Shown: positions 39,845-53,003 of the stretch, in pieces
Layout of the letters: each line of letters begins with the position of its first letter
How positions within the stretch are numbered: the stretch's first letter is position 1
NCBI GenBank assembly: GCA_973895155.1
Contig: OZ316895.1
Span: 6,620,084 to 6,684,083, forward strand
Source: Marsupella aquatica
Lineage: Eukaryota; Plantae; Marchantiophyta
Length of the DNA: 64,000 bases
Reading direction: 5' to 3'
Made by a program: the position numbers and the translations under genes
The notes under the pieces: generated by a model
Told to the model about the DNA's origin: nothing
Seen by the model: only the letters and a program-made list of their open reading frames with translations
Databases searched by the model: none

Positions 39845-42800
39845 CTAGGATTTGTCACTTGCTATGCATGTCAAGAGATATTCTCTTGCCTTGGTAGCAA
39901 CATTCTTTGGAATTCCTACCAGCCCTGTCACTGGTCCTTTGCGTGCTTTGAAACACCACAAGGTAGAGGAAACATCTATTGTCTCAGCTTCCTTGTATAT
40001 TGGAGCTGGATCACGTTCCCATTTCTTATCCCAAGAATCTGCCCACCGCTCTCTTGGCTGCCAGTCTGATTGACCACGTTGCTTCTTTGCCATAAATGGT
40101 CTAAACCACTCAATGCCACATACATGAGTAAGAAGGTTTTGTTCATTCACTGGCCCTTCTACCACATCTGTAACAACTAACCCCATATGGACGGGATAAA
40201 CATCCAGGTCTGAGTCGTCCAGCCGTACCAACACATAACAGCCCTTCACAACATCAACCCTAGGGTTAAAACTCTCAGAAAGTTTATCTTTTGCTGGTCC
40301 CACATAATTCACTGTTGCCTCCAACTCACATGCCACATTTTGATATTCTGGTGGAACGTGCTCTCTCCATATTGATAAAGGCCAAAACCCGTATTCCAAA
40401 TTGTGTGCACCTTCAGGTTCATATTGCACCTGCTCACCCTGTAGAGTATCTACAATGTCATTCCAATAATTGATGAGAGTTGTCCAACGTCGCCTTGGTT
40501 CTTCCTCTTTTGTTTGCTTTAGAATAAACTCAAAGAATGACACATGCTTCTTCAACCCTGTCAGCACTTCAGGAAGCATTTTCAACTCCATCATTGGTAG
40601 CCGTTTGGGCACCCCAATTGGGATGTGAGGACTTTTGTCATCTTTCCATGACCACATTTCAATACCTTCCTTGGGTAACCATCCCTGATCAGTTGATTTC
40701 ATTTTGTATTGGAAGCATGGCATACTATCATGACGAACATAGAACCTAAACAGCCTGGGTTTTAAATGCCCCACCAATGCCTCAGGGCCCTTCAACATGA
40801 ATGGAGCTAAGTAGTTTTTGAAATCTGGGACCTCCTGTAGAAAATGTGGGACTGCATTGGGTGTCCTTGCTCTCATGAACAAGGACATTAACTCAAGCAA
40901 TGAGTATGTGGGGTTATGCATCATAGACTCTGAAAAATGCCCGAACATACCGTCAACGTCCTCATGAGTATGCCCAACCACCATGAAACCAAGATGAACC
41001 TCTTCAAACACCTCCCTTGCTGTCAACAATGACAAATAAGCCATCATATATCTGTTCTTGTTGTCTGAGGCACAATTATCCAGGCACAATTATCCAGTTG
41101 TAGCTTCAATACTCGTGGAAGGGGCCTGAACTTTGGTGCCTCAGTTGCTGCATCACAATGTAACAATCTCAAAATGCTTTTAAATAAAACCCTAGTCAGA
41201 CCCTAAACCCTATTAATGAAACCTTGGCTAGGAGGAGCAACAACTACACAAAGTAGAGTGTCAGTGTGTGTGAGCTTATATTATTAAATAATAATAAATT
41301 AAAGGATTGTGAGTAAAGTACCTAGGCTTGAGATGTAGGCAATATCATCCTCAAATGCTCTAAGGACACTTGCCTCCAAGATATCTTTTCTCCCAAAAAG
41401 GAGGTCTTTAAAAAGACTTGTCGAGTCTGGCCCCTCCACAAGTGATTTGATCATTGGATTTGGGTTTTCCAACATCCTTAGTATTGAATCAATTGACCCA
41501 ATAGTGATGTTGACATCACCTGGCCACACTCCAACATGATATTGGGCTATGGCCTTGGGACCATGACCATGAGTAAGGATACCAGTGACAGTAATTGAGA
41601 ACTTTTGGGCACCATCCACATGCTTAGGATTGAAGGGCATTCTTGGGAGAGCTGTCTTTGAATGATCCATCTTATCATGAATAAGGCATAACACTTCCTT
41701 TGGACGATGGATGGACTCATATCTCCAAGTATGATAGCACATTCTTTGTTGTGTGTGGTCTTGGTGATGTTCCTCCTCGTCACGCCTTAGGCCCTCTAAC
41801 TCTTCCTTAGCTCCTGTAAGGTTTGCTTTCCGTTGAAGCAACTCACTACAAGTTGTACACTTTGAAAAGTTGTTGCCCTTTTTGTGACGCAAGAACTCCC
41901 TGAAATACATCTGATGTAGATGACTCAAGGTGGGTTGGGAAATTGGAGGAAGACCAGCCTCCTTGTTGACAACATTAACCCTGTTTCTAATATTCTCCCA
42001 AGTAAGATTTGTTGGCAATTCCCTCAAAACCATCCTTGTATTATCTGCCATGGTTCTCAACTTGGCTGGATGATGATCAGCTGCCTCCCTCAATAATCTC
42101 TTTCATTGACATGAACGCTTGAGATACTTTCTCGGACATACACCTTTTTCCAGCATTACCATGGGTACCTATGTTCATTCCAGACATCACAGTCTTCTTC
42201 AAGGCATAAAATTGAGTCTTTCCTCTTGAATGAATGATTCTCCATGCCTCCAAGCACAATACTTTGCCCTCCACTGCTAGAATCCTTTCTCCAGTACCCA
42301 AGTGTATTGTATTTTTAATAGCCTTGATTTCCACCTCCTTGCGCTCCGCAAAAGATTTTGACCACCACTTTTGCCTAATTGCCATAGCCAAGTTGCGGTC
42401 CAAATATTGGCAACAATGTTCACTACAACAGTCCTTAGTGTTTATCAACAACACATCTTGACGTGCCAAAGATGTGTCTCTTCTAGATGTCTGGGAAGAT
42501 GGACTCTTTCTTTTCCTACTTTTATGGACGTAGGACCGCTTGCCACTTGTTGGAGATGTGTTCCCTCCCACAGCTTGCCTGATGTTGTGGAAAGACAACA
42601 AGTTGCCATCCTTGGCAATGAGTTGGTCCCCCGGTTGGTCCATCGACCAAGCTTTTAAGCAATCTCTATGCTTCAGATGATCTATGGTAGCTCCCTCGAC
42701 AAAATCGTTGATCAGAATTCCTACATGTGTATTCCCAAGGGTGACATCCCCAAGCTTCACTATAGGATCTAGAACATGTATAGTTGCCACTGCAAAAATC

Positions 42801-43245
42801 AACTTGTTCTCATCCACCACCTTTACAGGCATGCCCATCCACAAGGCCTTTGGTAAAACTACTTCCACACCAGACCAACTCTCATTAATATGGTTGTTCC
42901 CATCAGAAATTTGATTGACTGGATCTTGATCATCACCAACAGTGCCAAACACATCCTCTGATTCCATGGGAGCTCGAAAAGCTGATTCCTTTCCCATACA
43001 AGGTAACCCCCAATCATGTCCTTCAAAAGTTTGCCATCTTTGCATAGAATGGTCTCGTCAAAAACTTCCTCCAATAGAAGAAGAACTCTGTCCGCCCCAA
43101 GAGGAACATTGTGACAAACCCTAGAAGGATCAAGACTTATCACGCGACCTTTTCCAACTTGTTTCTCACGTATGCCTATAATAACTTGTCCGCCTTCCCT
43201 GATCCAGACTGTCGATGTCACCATAATAATTATGATCCTACACAT
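39845..43245 (-). pseudogene. DUF7869/Sola1-like DDD transposase with N-terminal Tnp1/En-Spm-like domains; disrupted by frameshifts
   Basis: CCSEHCC...LCLEAWRII...TQFY...HGNAG; FSKCTTC; CLIHDKMDHSKTALP; LPRVLKLQLDNCASDNKNRY; FMVVGHTHEDVDGMFG; intron starting at about 41321; frameshifts near 43000, 42085 and 41080. Confidence 0.8.
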
Positions 43246-43849
43246 CAGAGAATATCACTGTAAGCGTACAGTCCTGTCACGTCCGTCAACTTCACTGCAC
43301 TGTCCTATCACGTTGGTCAATAAGCAGAATGTAGTCAATGCACTGCACTGCACTGCACGCGACTGGTTGCGTGACCCTAGAGGTACCACACATACCGGCA
43401 ACAGACTATGCATGGTCCGTCAATCATTTCAAGTGAATGAGAACGACCACAATTGATTACGATCAATCATTTCACATCCACTCAGAACAAATGAGTGGAC
43501 AGTACCAGTTTGCCAATGAGTGGACACTGGACAGTCAGTAACTACTGAGGATTGTAATTCTAATAAGCGCCAGTAAAACATCCGTGAACTGCATTGTCCT
43601 GTCACGACCGTCAACAAGTAAGCAGAATGTAGTCAATGCACTACCCTGCATGCGACTAGTCGCGTGACCTTAGTCAGAGGGTGTAGGGATAATAGGGTCT
43701 ACGACGTAGAAGCTAGAAGCCTAGGCCCAAACTCTAGCTCGTACTTGGTACTTCATAAGTAAGATACAATTGCGCGTGAGACAGTAAGATACAATTACGG
43801 ATCTGAAGGCATCACACATACCGGTAACAGATTATGGATGGTCCGTTAG

Positions 43850-44218
43850 TCATTTCAAGTGAGACTCATTTCGGATCGGTTTAATAGGATTTCCTGGGAA
43901 AGCCAAATCTAATAAACTAAACTTGATTACACCCAGAAGATAGGTATTCCCAACAAGGTGGCGCCATCTACGACACACCGAAGATAGTCCTACAAACTCA
44001 TCCAATTCCTTTATTGAGAAATTTCCTGCATTAGCCGAGGAATTCAATGACTCCTTGATCCGAGGCCATATCAATTCTGCGACAATCAAATCTGGAAGTC
44101 CAGGTAGTAGTGTTTCAACAAATACAGAATATCTTGCCAGTAGACCATCTTGGCTTCTGTCCAAAACGTCAAATATTGGGCATAGATATCTGAAGCTCTC
44201 TAGACCAGGTTCCCCCAT
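43850..44218 (-). CDS. F-box-like ORF or exon upstream of the transposase
   Basis: LLPGLPDLIVAELIWPRI...LSSVCRRWRHLV, an F-box with an internal insertion, paralogous to those at 51.8-52.9 kb. Confidence 0.6.
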   Translation of the reverse strand: MGEPGLESFRYLCPIFDVLDRSQDGLLARYSVFVETLLPGLPDLIVAELIWPRIKESLNSSANAGNFSIKELDEFVGLSSVCRRWRHLVGNTYLLGVIKFSLLDLAFPGNPIKPIRNESHLK

Positions 44219-44362
44219 GACTCTTTTCAGCCAAATGATATATCCCAGGGATGATTTTCACGCGACTGGTCGCGTCTACAAATCAGAATGTATAAACAAT
44301 TCTTTGGGAGATTGTGGTTTTTTTGGGTCACAACGTGACAAATCATAAATGTTGCTTCGTCC

Positions 44363-45810
44363 TCTAACAGAACCAGTCAATGAGATAGCTACCTCAAACG
44401 CGACTGGTCCGTCAACTGATCCTAAATAGAACGTTACCTTCTCTAACAGAACCAGTCAATGAGAGAGCTACCTCAGACGCGACTGGTCGCGTCACCTGAT
44501 CCTAAATGGAACGTTACCTCCTCTAACAGAACCAGTCAATGAGAGATCTACATCAGACGCGACCAGTCGTGTCAACTGAACATAAACAACTATATCCACT
44601 GAACCTTCCTTGTGGAGATTTGGATATGGTACGCGCTCAATAATCTATCCTGTTTCCTTCTCACACGCAACTGGTCGCGTCAACTGATCCCAAATGGAAC
44701 CTTACCTCCTCTAACAAAACCAGTCAATGAGAGAGCTACCTCAGACGCGACTGGTCGCGTCAACTGATCCTAAATGGAACATTACCTCCTCTAACAAAAC
44801 CAGTCAATGAGAGCTCTACCTCAAACGCGACTAGTCGCGTCAACTAAACCTAAACAACTATATCCACTGAACCTTCCTTGTGGAGATTTGGATATGGTAC
44901 GCGCTCAATAATCTATCCTGTTTCCTTCTCACACGCAACTGGTCGCGTCAACTGATCCCAAATGGAACCTTACCTCCTCTAACAAAACCAGTCAATGAGA
45001 GAGCTACCTCAGATGCGACTGGTCGCGTCAACTGATCCTAAATGGAACATTACCTCCTCTAACAAAACCAGTCAATGAGAGCTCTACCTCAAACGCGACT
45101 AGTCGCGTCAACTAAACCTAAACAACTATATCCACTGAACCTTCCTTGTGGAGATTTGGATATGGTACGCGCTCAATAATCTATCCTGTTTCCTTCTCAC
45201 ACGCAACTGGTCGCGTCAACTGATCCCAAATGGAACCTTACCTCCTCTAACAAAACCAGTCAATGAGAGAGCTACCTCAGACGCGACTGGTCGCGTCAAC
45301 TGATCCTAAATGGAACATTACCTCCTCTAACAAAACCAGTCAATGAGAGCTCTACCTCAAACGCGACTAGTCGCGTCAACTAAACCTAAACAACTATATC
45401 CACTGAACCTTCCTTGTGGAGATTTGGATATGGTACGTGCTCAGTAAATCTATCCTTTTTTCTTCTCACACGCGACTGATCGCATCAATTGATCATAAAA
45501 GGAACCTTAACTCCTCTAACAGAACCATTCAATGAGAGAGCTACCTTAGACGCGACTAGTCGCGTCAACTGAACCTAAACAACTATATCCACTGAACCTT
45601 CCTTGTGGAGATTTGGATATGGTACGCGCTGAGTAAATCTATCCTGTTTCCTTCTCACACGCGATTGGTCGCGTCAACTGGTCCTAAAAGGAACCTTACC
45701 TCCTCTAACAGAACCAGTCAATGAGAGAGCTACCTCAGACGCGACTGGTCGCGTCAACTGATCCTAAATGGAACCTCACAATCTTCTCACGCGACTGGTC
45801 GCGTCAACAG
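44363..45810. repeat. Tandem array 1: 268-bp higher-order unit (80+80+108 bp subunits), one ACGCG-N6-CGCGT motif per subunit
   Basis: aacaactatatccact recurs at 44585, 44853, 45121, 45389 (period 268) and 45578; about 17 motif copies such as acgcgactggtcgcgt and acgcgactagtcgcgt. Confidence 0.95.
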
Positions 45811-48379
45811 CTTAAACAACTTTTGGACACTAGGATAATACAGTGATACCACTGTGATTACTGACCCGTACGGACAAGAAAATCCGAGTAAGCATGATTT
45901 CATTCAATTTGTATTCATTCATTTGTATTCATTCATGAACTTTACAATAATTCAGATGTTTGAGCTCTGTCATTGTGAAACTATTATATATCACAAGTTT
46001 TCATATTGCAAGGAATTCAGTTTAGAGAATGATTCAGCTAAGATGATTCAATTTAGCAGTCTATTGGTTGTATTCGTCAATTAAAGGATTCAGTGTAATG
46101 AGATTCACATAACATGAGAGTTTATATGATTAAATTCACAACGTGCAGGTTTGTAATGACTTACTTAAGACGATTCAGGTTGTATTTTAATTAGTGAGTT
46201 TGTATGATTCAGACATATTTGAGTTTATAGACAAACTGCATTATGAAAACTCAGTTTAACAATCAAGAGAAATTTTAGCAAACAACAATCAACACTAGCA
46301 GAAAATGTAGAAATTGCACCTGAATTCTGAAAAATTGATGTAATCGTCTGAGAGATTGATGTCCAAGCACCTGAAGACCTTGCTGCGGCATTCCAGAAAG
46401 TAAATATAAGATTGAAGATATTAATATGCTAAGCAACAACAACACAACTTCTATATCTTCTATACATAGAGCTTCGCTGCTGCCAATTGAATAACATGTG
46501 CTTAATGCTAAGGAACTCATTATGTCGAGTTAAAAAGACTCTTCCAGAAGTACAATCAAAGTTGTCGATAGACAAACTGAGCATGAATAAAAGCGCACTA
46601 AACCTGAAGATTGAAAAAGTTGAAACAAACCTGAATGATGAATTAAAGGAGCTGAAACAAGCTGCCAAAAAGTAGTTCAAGCTGCTAAAACATGTTGATC
46701 GAGCTGATATGAGCTTAAAATTGGCTGACACAAGTTGATACGAGCACTCCCAAAAAACTAGCTGCAATGAACCCAACGAGCTCCTAAGAATCCCTTCAAG
46801 CAAACTAGAAGTGAATACGAGCTCTAAATGCGAGCTGCAACGCACCAACGAGCTCCTGGTCAAAACGATCAACAACTACTAAGAGCTGCAACGCGCCGAC
46901 AAGCACCTGACCACAACGAACGAGCTGCAACAACGAAAATGAAATCCAGGGCAGGAGCGAGAGCGACGAGAGCAGGCGTGCGAAAGTCTAGGGAGCGAGA
47001 AACAACAACAATGAACAGTGAACTCGAGACCGTGGGCGCCGACACTAAGGAAGGACTAATTAGGGTATCGTTTTAGAATAACCCTAATAACAGCCTAGTG
47101 ACAAGAAGGTTCCAGATGATCTCCGTACACTCCACCATCGACTCAACAAACTATGCAATCGTAAAAAAAATATTACCGAAATCCTTTTGATTTGCCGTAC
47201 TAAAGGAGATTTATATTTGATCGCCAATTTGAAATTTAAACCGGTAATTATGCAACTACAAAAGATTGTTAGTGGGGACCCCCGGATCCGGATCCGTATC
47301 TTCACGATATCTGCCAATTCAAATCCAAAATGTGAACGAACGACAACTTTCTCACGATCGTTCCATCACGTAGTGGAGGCGAACTTCAACATCATTCCAT
47401 TTTGGTAGTGGAGACCGTCGGATCCGGATCCGTACTCCACTCTCTATCTTGCCAATTCAAACCCAAACTCTAAACAACGTAAAACAATTGAACTCACGGT
47501 CGGGGAGAACCGATATTCAAAATCAATCCTATACAATGATTCTCACGACTGGAGACTCAACCAATTTTCAAAATCAAAATCGAGTCCAGATGAACACATC
47601 TTTCATGGAGTCAATAGACTGATCTCACTGCTCACGGATCATTCTTCATTTTCAGTTTCTACTGACCAAGATACTAGCTGGGCTCTCACTGGAGGCTGAT
47701 CCAAGGCACATTTGAGGTGGAGCAGATTGGATCATTCGACTATTCCAGTCGGAGGCGGAGCTCATTCAAGCAACGCTGGCGCAGTTCTTGTTGTATCACC
47801 TTCTTGGGGAGGGCACATCCGATCAACCGGGAGAGAGTTGCGACGAAGTGAGACGACAAAGATTTAGAACCTCCATAGTCTGCCTCATTCACCGAAGCAT
47901 TCTAGCAGACCAACAAAGAGCGGCTATTCTGAAATCACTGTCTGGCTGAGGATTTTGATCTCGATATGATCAACAAGTTGTCATTCTCTGGTGGTGGGAT
48001 TCGGTCACGATACTCAAGGAAATTGGAGTTCAAAGGAGGAGGCTTAGTTGGCTGGGACGAGGAGGAGGCTACGCTAGAAGGAAGAGGCTTGGCTGGGAGG
48101 AGGGTTGCCGCCAACATCGTTGAGACCACACGCAACTGAACAACTTGTAAGTATCAATCAACATTAATTCCGCAATAAATGAGGAGAGTAGTTGCCTTAA
48201 TTCACGCATTCAATGCATGAATTGAGTCAATGAAGTTATGGTCCAATTTCTCACTCCGATTTTGATCAATCCGTGTTTCAAGTCCAATACAGAAGCAATG
48301 TATCAGAAGTACTAGTAGAGGATCCGAATGAATTCTCTAGTCTAAAATTGTATGGCGTTCAATTATAGTTGTCCGTACA

Positions 48380-50430
48380 TTTTGGTATTGTTTATTGTAG
48401 TCGACGGCCTAGCGAAACGAAACATAATCGAGGTCCATTTCTCAGATCAAACTGATCTCAACTTGTTAGTAGGATGACTTGTTTTTTTGGTTACACATGT
48501 AGTTCATCACGCGCACAGTCACGTGAACCAATTTATCTTAGGTCTTTTGATATTGTTTATTGTAGTCGATAGCCTAGCAAATTGGCCAGCAATCTATTCT
48601 AAAACCCAAGTCTTCGTATCATCACGCGCCCGGTCGCGTTAATGTTTTAGAGGTTAGCAAAAGCTCTGCACTCTTAGACATAATCGCCCTTTATTTCTCA
48701 GATCTGCCTGATCTCAACTTGTTAGTAGGATGACCTGATTTTTTGGTTACACATGTAGTTTATCACGCGCACAGTCGCATGAACCAATTTATCTCGTATC
48801 TTTTGATATTGTTTATTGTAGTCGACAGCCTAGCGAATTGACCAGCAATCTATTTTAAAACCAAGGTCTTCGTATCATCACGCACCCGGTCGCGTTAATG
48901 TTTTAGAGGTCAGCGAAAGCTCTGCACTCTTAGACGTAATCGCCCTTTATTTCTCAGATCTGCCTGATCTCGACTTGTTAGTAGGATGATCTGATTTTTT
49001 GGTTACACATGTAGTTCATCACGCGCACAGTCGCGTGAACCAATTTATAACGTGTCTTTTGATATTGTTTATTGTAGTCGACAGCCTAGCGAATTGGCCA
49101 GCAATCTATTTTAAAACCAAGGTCTTCGTTTCATCATGCGCCCGGTCGCGTTATTAGAGGTCAGCAAAAGCTCTACACTCTTAGACGTAATCGCCCTTTA
49201 TTTCTCAAATCTGCTTGATCTCAACTTGTTAGTAGGATGACTTGTTTTTTTGGTTACACATGTAGTTCATCACGCGCACAGTCACGTGAACCAATTTATC
49301 TTAGGTCTTTTGATATTGTTTATTGTAGTCGATAGCCTAGCGAATTGGCCAGCAATCTATTCTAAAACCCAAGTCTTCGTATCATCATGCACCCGCTCGC
49401 GTTAATGTTTTAGAGGTTAGCAAAAGCTCTGCACTCTTAGACATAATCGCCCTTTATTTCTCAGATCTGCCTGATCTCAACTTGTTAGTAGGATGACCTG
49501 ATTTTTTGGTTACACATGTAGTTTATCATGCGCACAGTCGCATGAACCAATTTATCTCGTATCTTTTGATATTGTTTATTGTAGTCGATAGCCTAGCGAA
49601 TTGACCAGCAATCTATTTTAAAACCAAGGTCTTCGTATCATCACGCGCCCGGTCGCGTTAATGTTTTAGAGGTCAGCGAAAGCTCTGCACTCTTAGACGT
49701 AATTGCCCTTTATTTCTTAGATCTGCCTGATCTCAACTTGTTAGTAGGATGATCTGATTTTTTGGTTACACATGTAGTTCATCACGCGCACAGTCGTGTG
49801 AACCAATTTATAACGTGTCTTTTGATATTGTTTATTGTAGTCGACAGCCTAGCGAATTGGCCAGCAATCTATTTTAAAACCGAGGTCTTCGTTTCATCAT
49901 GCGCCCGATCGCGTTATTAGAGGTCAGCAAAAGCTCTACACTCTTAGACGTAATCGCCCTTTATTTCTCAAATTTGCCTGATCTCTTGAACTTGTTAGTA
50001 GGATGACTTGTTTTTTTGGTTACACATGTAGTTCGTCACGCGCACAGTCGCGTGAACCAATTTATCTTAGGTCTTTTGATATTGTTTATTTTTGTCGACA
50101 GCCTAGCGAATTGGCCAGCAATCTATTATGAAACCAAAGTCTTTGTATCATCACGCGCCCGGTTGCGTTAATGTTTTAGAGGTCAGCGAAAGCTCTGCAC
50201 TCTTAAACGTAATTGTGCTTTATTTCTCAGATCTGACTGATCTCAACTTGTTAGTTGGATGACCTGTTTTTTCGGTTACACATGTAGTTCATCACGCGCA
50301 CAGTCGCGTGAACCAATTTATCTCAAGTCTTTTGATATTGTTTATTGTAGTCGACAGCCTAGCAAATCTATTTTAAAACCAACATCTTTGTTTCATCACG
50401 CGCCCAGTCGCATTAATGTTTTAGAGGTCA
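48380..50430. repeat. Tandem array 2: about 8 units of ~256 bp with a 3-unit higher-order duplication, two ACGCG-N6-CGCGT motifs per unit
   Basis: acttgttagt recurs at 48461, 48717, 48973, 49224, 49480, 49736, 49990, 50246; motifs acgcgcacagtcgcgt and acgcgcccggtcgcgt. Confidence 0.95.
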
Positions 50431-50679
50431 GAGGAATCTCATGGATGATTTTTCCTTGATTGAAAAAATGGTTACATCGATCCCGAAGGACTTCGGATGT
50501 GGAATCCATATCCACTAGCGCTATCGAGGAATTTAACTGACCTGGTCTTTCGAACACTATTTTCCACGGGACAAAATTAAGCTACACAGTATCTATAACA
50601 AGTTCTAACTTGAACTACTCTTAAATCTGTAGTTCTAATCTTTGACTACTCAAAATATTGTAGACTTTGATCGAGTCAG

Positions 50680-51114
50680 TCATTCCAAGATGAAGGTGTC
50701 TGGTGTGGATTCCTTTGAATCCAGGAATTCTTCTTTTGCCCAAGTCCTAACGTCCATAGATTTTCTCGGCTTGCTCTTTCTGTAATACAAATCAGAATCT
50801 TCGTTCATCTCTAATTGCCTTTTCTTCGGTGCGTCCACTTTCTTGGCCTCCTTCTTGACTGTCTTAGCGTCTGCTGCTGGTTCCCCCAAAATGGATTTTA
50901 CGCATGCTTTGGCCTTCAACTTCTCCCCCCCCAAAATGGATTCGACGAGGGCTTTGCCCTTTAACTTCTCCCCTGATGCCATCTTTGTAGTCATCTCTGT
51001 CGGATTGCTCTCCATCTGATCTTCCATCAACAAATGTGGCGAACAATGTCGTCTCTCACAAAACATTTGACCCGATTTAGTCACCGTAAATATTATATTA
51101 CATCGCTGACACAT
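50680..51114 (-). CDS. Possible small Lys-rich protein of unknown function inside the element
   Basis: 144-aa ORF with internal duplication GEKLKGKALVESILG/GEKLKAKACVKSILG; no recognisable domain; real start more likely near 51025. Confidence 0.3.
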   Translation of the reverse strand: MCQRCNIIFTVTKSGQMFCERRHCSPHLLMEDQMESNPTEMTTKMASGEKLKGKALVESILGGEKLKAKACVKSILGEPAADAKTVKKEAKKVDAPKKRQLEMNEDSDLYYRKSKPRKSMDVRTWAKEEFLDSKESTPDTFILE

Positions 51115-51798
51115 TCTGTAAGGAGTACCACGAATTTAATATGTCGAATCTTTTGAATCGTTCGTCGGAACATCCTCATTCTTCGAGCTCAGCGAAGTAG
51201 TCATCGCCCTTCAAACAAGAGATGCGGACCAAGACTAAGAATTGGAAATGAGAGAGCTGATGTGCGAATAGATTATCCAGTAGCCAGAAAGTGGAAGGCG
51301 TGGGGGAATGAGCAGTAGGGATCATCTCAATGCTTTATACTATTTAGTCTCCACTAGTCATTGTACATAGTGGTTTCTAGAAGAGAGTGCGCGTTTGACT
51401 GGCGCGTATTAGAATTGGCGGGAAGTTCAGTTGTCCTCTAATTATAGCTTTAATTTCATGTTTGGCGACCGCCCCGGTAATATTGATTGCTAGTGAAGTA
51501 CTGAGATTGCTTATGAGGGTCAATAGTTACTGACTGTCCGGTGTCCACTCATTGGTAAACTGGTACTGTCCACTCATTTTTCTGAGTGGAGTTGAAATGA
51601 TTGTTGGTAATCGATTGTAGTCGTTCTCATTCTCTCATCGTCAGTTCAAAGTTTCTTCCAGAAATACCCAAGAATTAAATTTATGGGGTCAATGTCCATA
51701 GATCTTAGGGAACTCTTAGAGATCTTAGAGATCTTAACTTACGCGACCGGGCGCGTCATATGTCTTCTAACAATGTTTTGTGATATGATAAAAGCAGG

Positions 51799-52926
51799 AT
51801 GAGCCAACTTTTGAATGAGGCTTGAGATTTCCTTTCATCTCATGAAAGAAAACAGAAAACAATATGGGATACGCTGGATGAAACCTCCTCTAGTCTCATT
51901 GGAGGAATACCAGATGTTTTGGTCATTTCAAACATTTGGCCAATACTCTACAAACACTTTATTTCAATTGAAGGATTGCGTCGATATCGACACCCCGATA
52001 ACAATTTGGTTATCGATAGGGTCCAAGACCTTATTCGGCTTGGAGCTTGTAGCAAGAAGTGGAACTTTTTAGTTACAAATACAAGGTTATGGGCTATCCT
52101 CAAACAAGCAACCCGGATTGTCGATGACGCAAATAAAACACTTTACTACATACCCGAAACTGACGAGTTGGAGTTTGACTCATTCTGTCGAGTTATTCGA
52201 GAGGATATTTCTATGTTTCCAGAAATATATGTTCTTGGGACTACTACTTTTGATGAAATCGCATTGTTTATGAACAAATATAACTATTTAGATGAGGAAG
52301 AACGAGATGTTCTAATTGAAAGGTTTGGTAGATTTTCTTAGAATCTAGGTGGTCCCAGTTCGTAATGGATAGGTTCTTGTTCTTAATCTTTTCGATATTA
52401 TGTTGCAGTCCTTTGACATGAATCAAAAATCTCATCGTCAAATGATGATGGAGCGCATTGCACGTGCAAAGGTTATGAACCAAAACATGATATGGAGTCA
52501 AGCTGAAGACCTGATACCCGGTCTTCCGGATGATATTGTCGAGAAATATATTTGGCCATTAGTCAAAGAGTTTTTCCACTCTCTTGGGAATTTGTCGGAT
52601 AATGCGATTAAAAATCGGGTCATGGACTTGATCGCCATTTGAACAGTCAGTAAGAAGTGGTGCCACATAGTTACTTATAGTAGTACTTGGGGGATGGTCA
52701 CCTTGGTAGCTTACAACTTCACTGATAGACCAGGATATGAATCGCTTCGAAGAAATTTGACTTCACGGAGTGTAGCATTCAGATTTACAGAATCCATCAG
52801 AACTCTCCTGCCACTGGACATTCTGGGTGGATTTGAAGGATCTGAACTTGACACGTTTAGGAACCTTTGGTTTTGGTTAGATGAAGATGAGCGAAAGGAT
52901 TGGGTCAGGATAAATGTTCCTAAAAT
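51799..52926 (+). pseudogene. Two tandem F-box-like modules, probably 5' exons of the large cargo gene
   Basis: LIGGIPDVLVISNIWPIL...LGACSKKWNFLV and LIPGLPDDIVEKYIWPLV...I*TVSKKWCHIV; TGA stops at 51823 and 52640; phase-2 donor AT|GTAATC (52927) fits acceptor CAG|A ATG (53003) in frame. Confidence 0.65.
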
Positions 52927-53003
52927 GTAATCGGCATGACGCGACCATGCGCGTGTTAGTATTTTATAATAAATGTTTAACTTTCAATATTTGTCTATTT
53001 CAG

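Noticed and set aside
47033-47050. tgggcgccgac as a retroelement primer-binding site
   Set aside because: The match is too short and there is no adjacent LTR end or gag ORF
44363-50430. CRISPR-like reading of the regularly spaced palindromic motif
   Set aside because: The sequences between motifs are themselves repeated rather than unique spacers, there are no cas genes, and the context is eukaryotic
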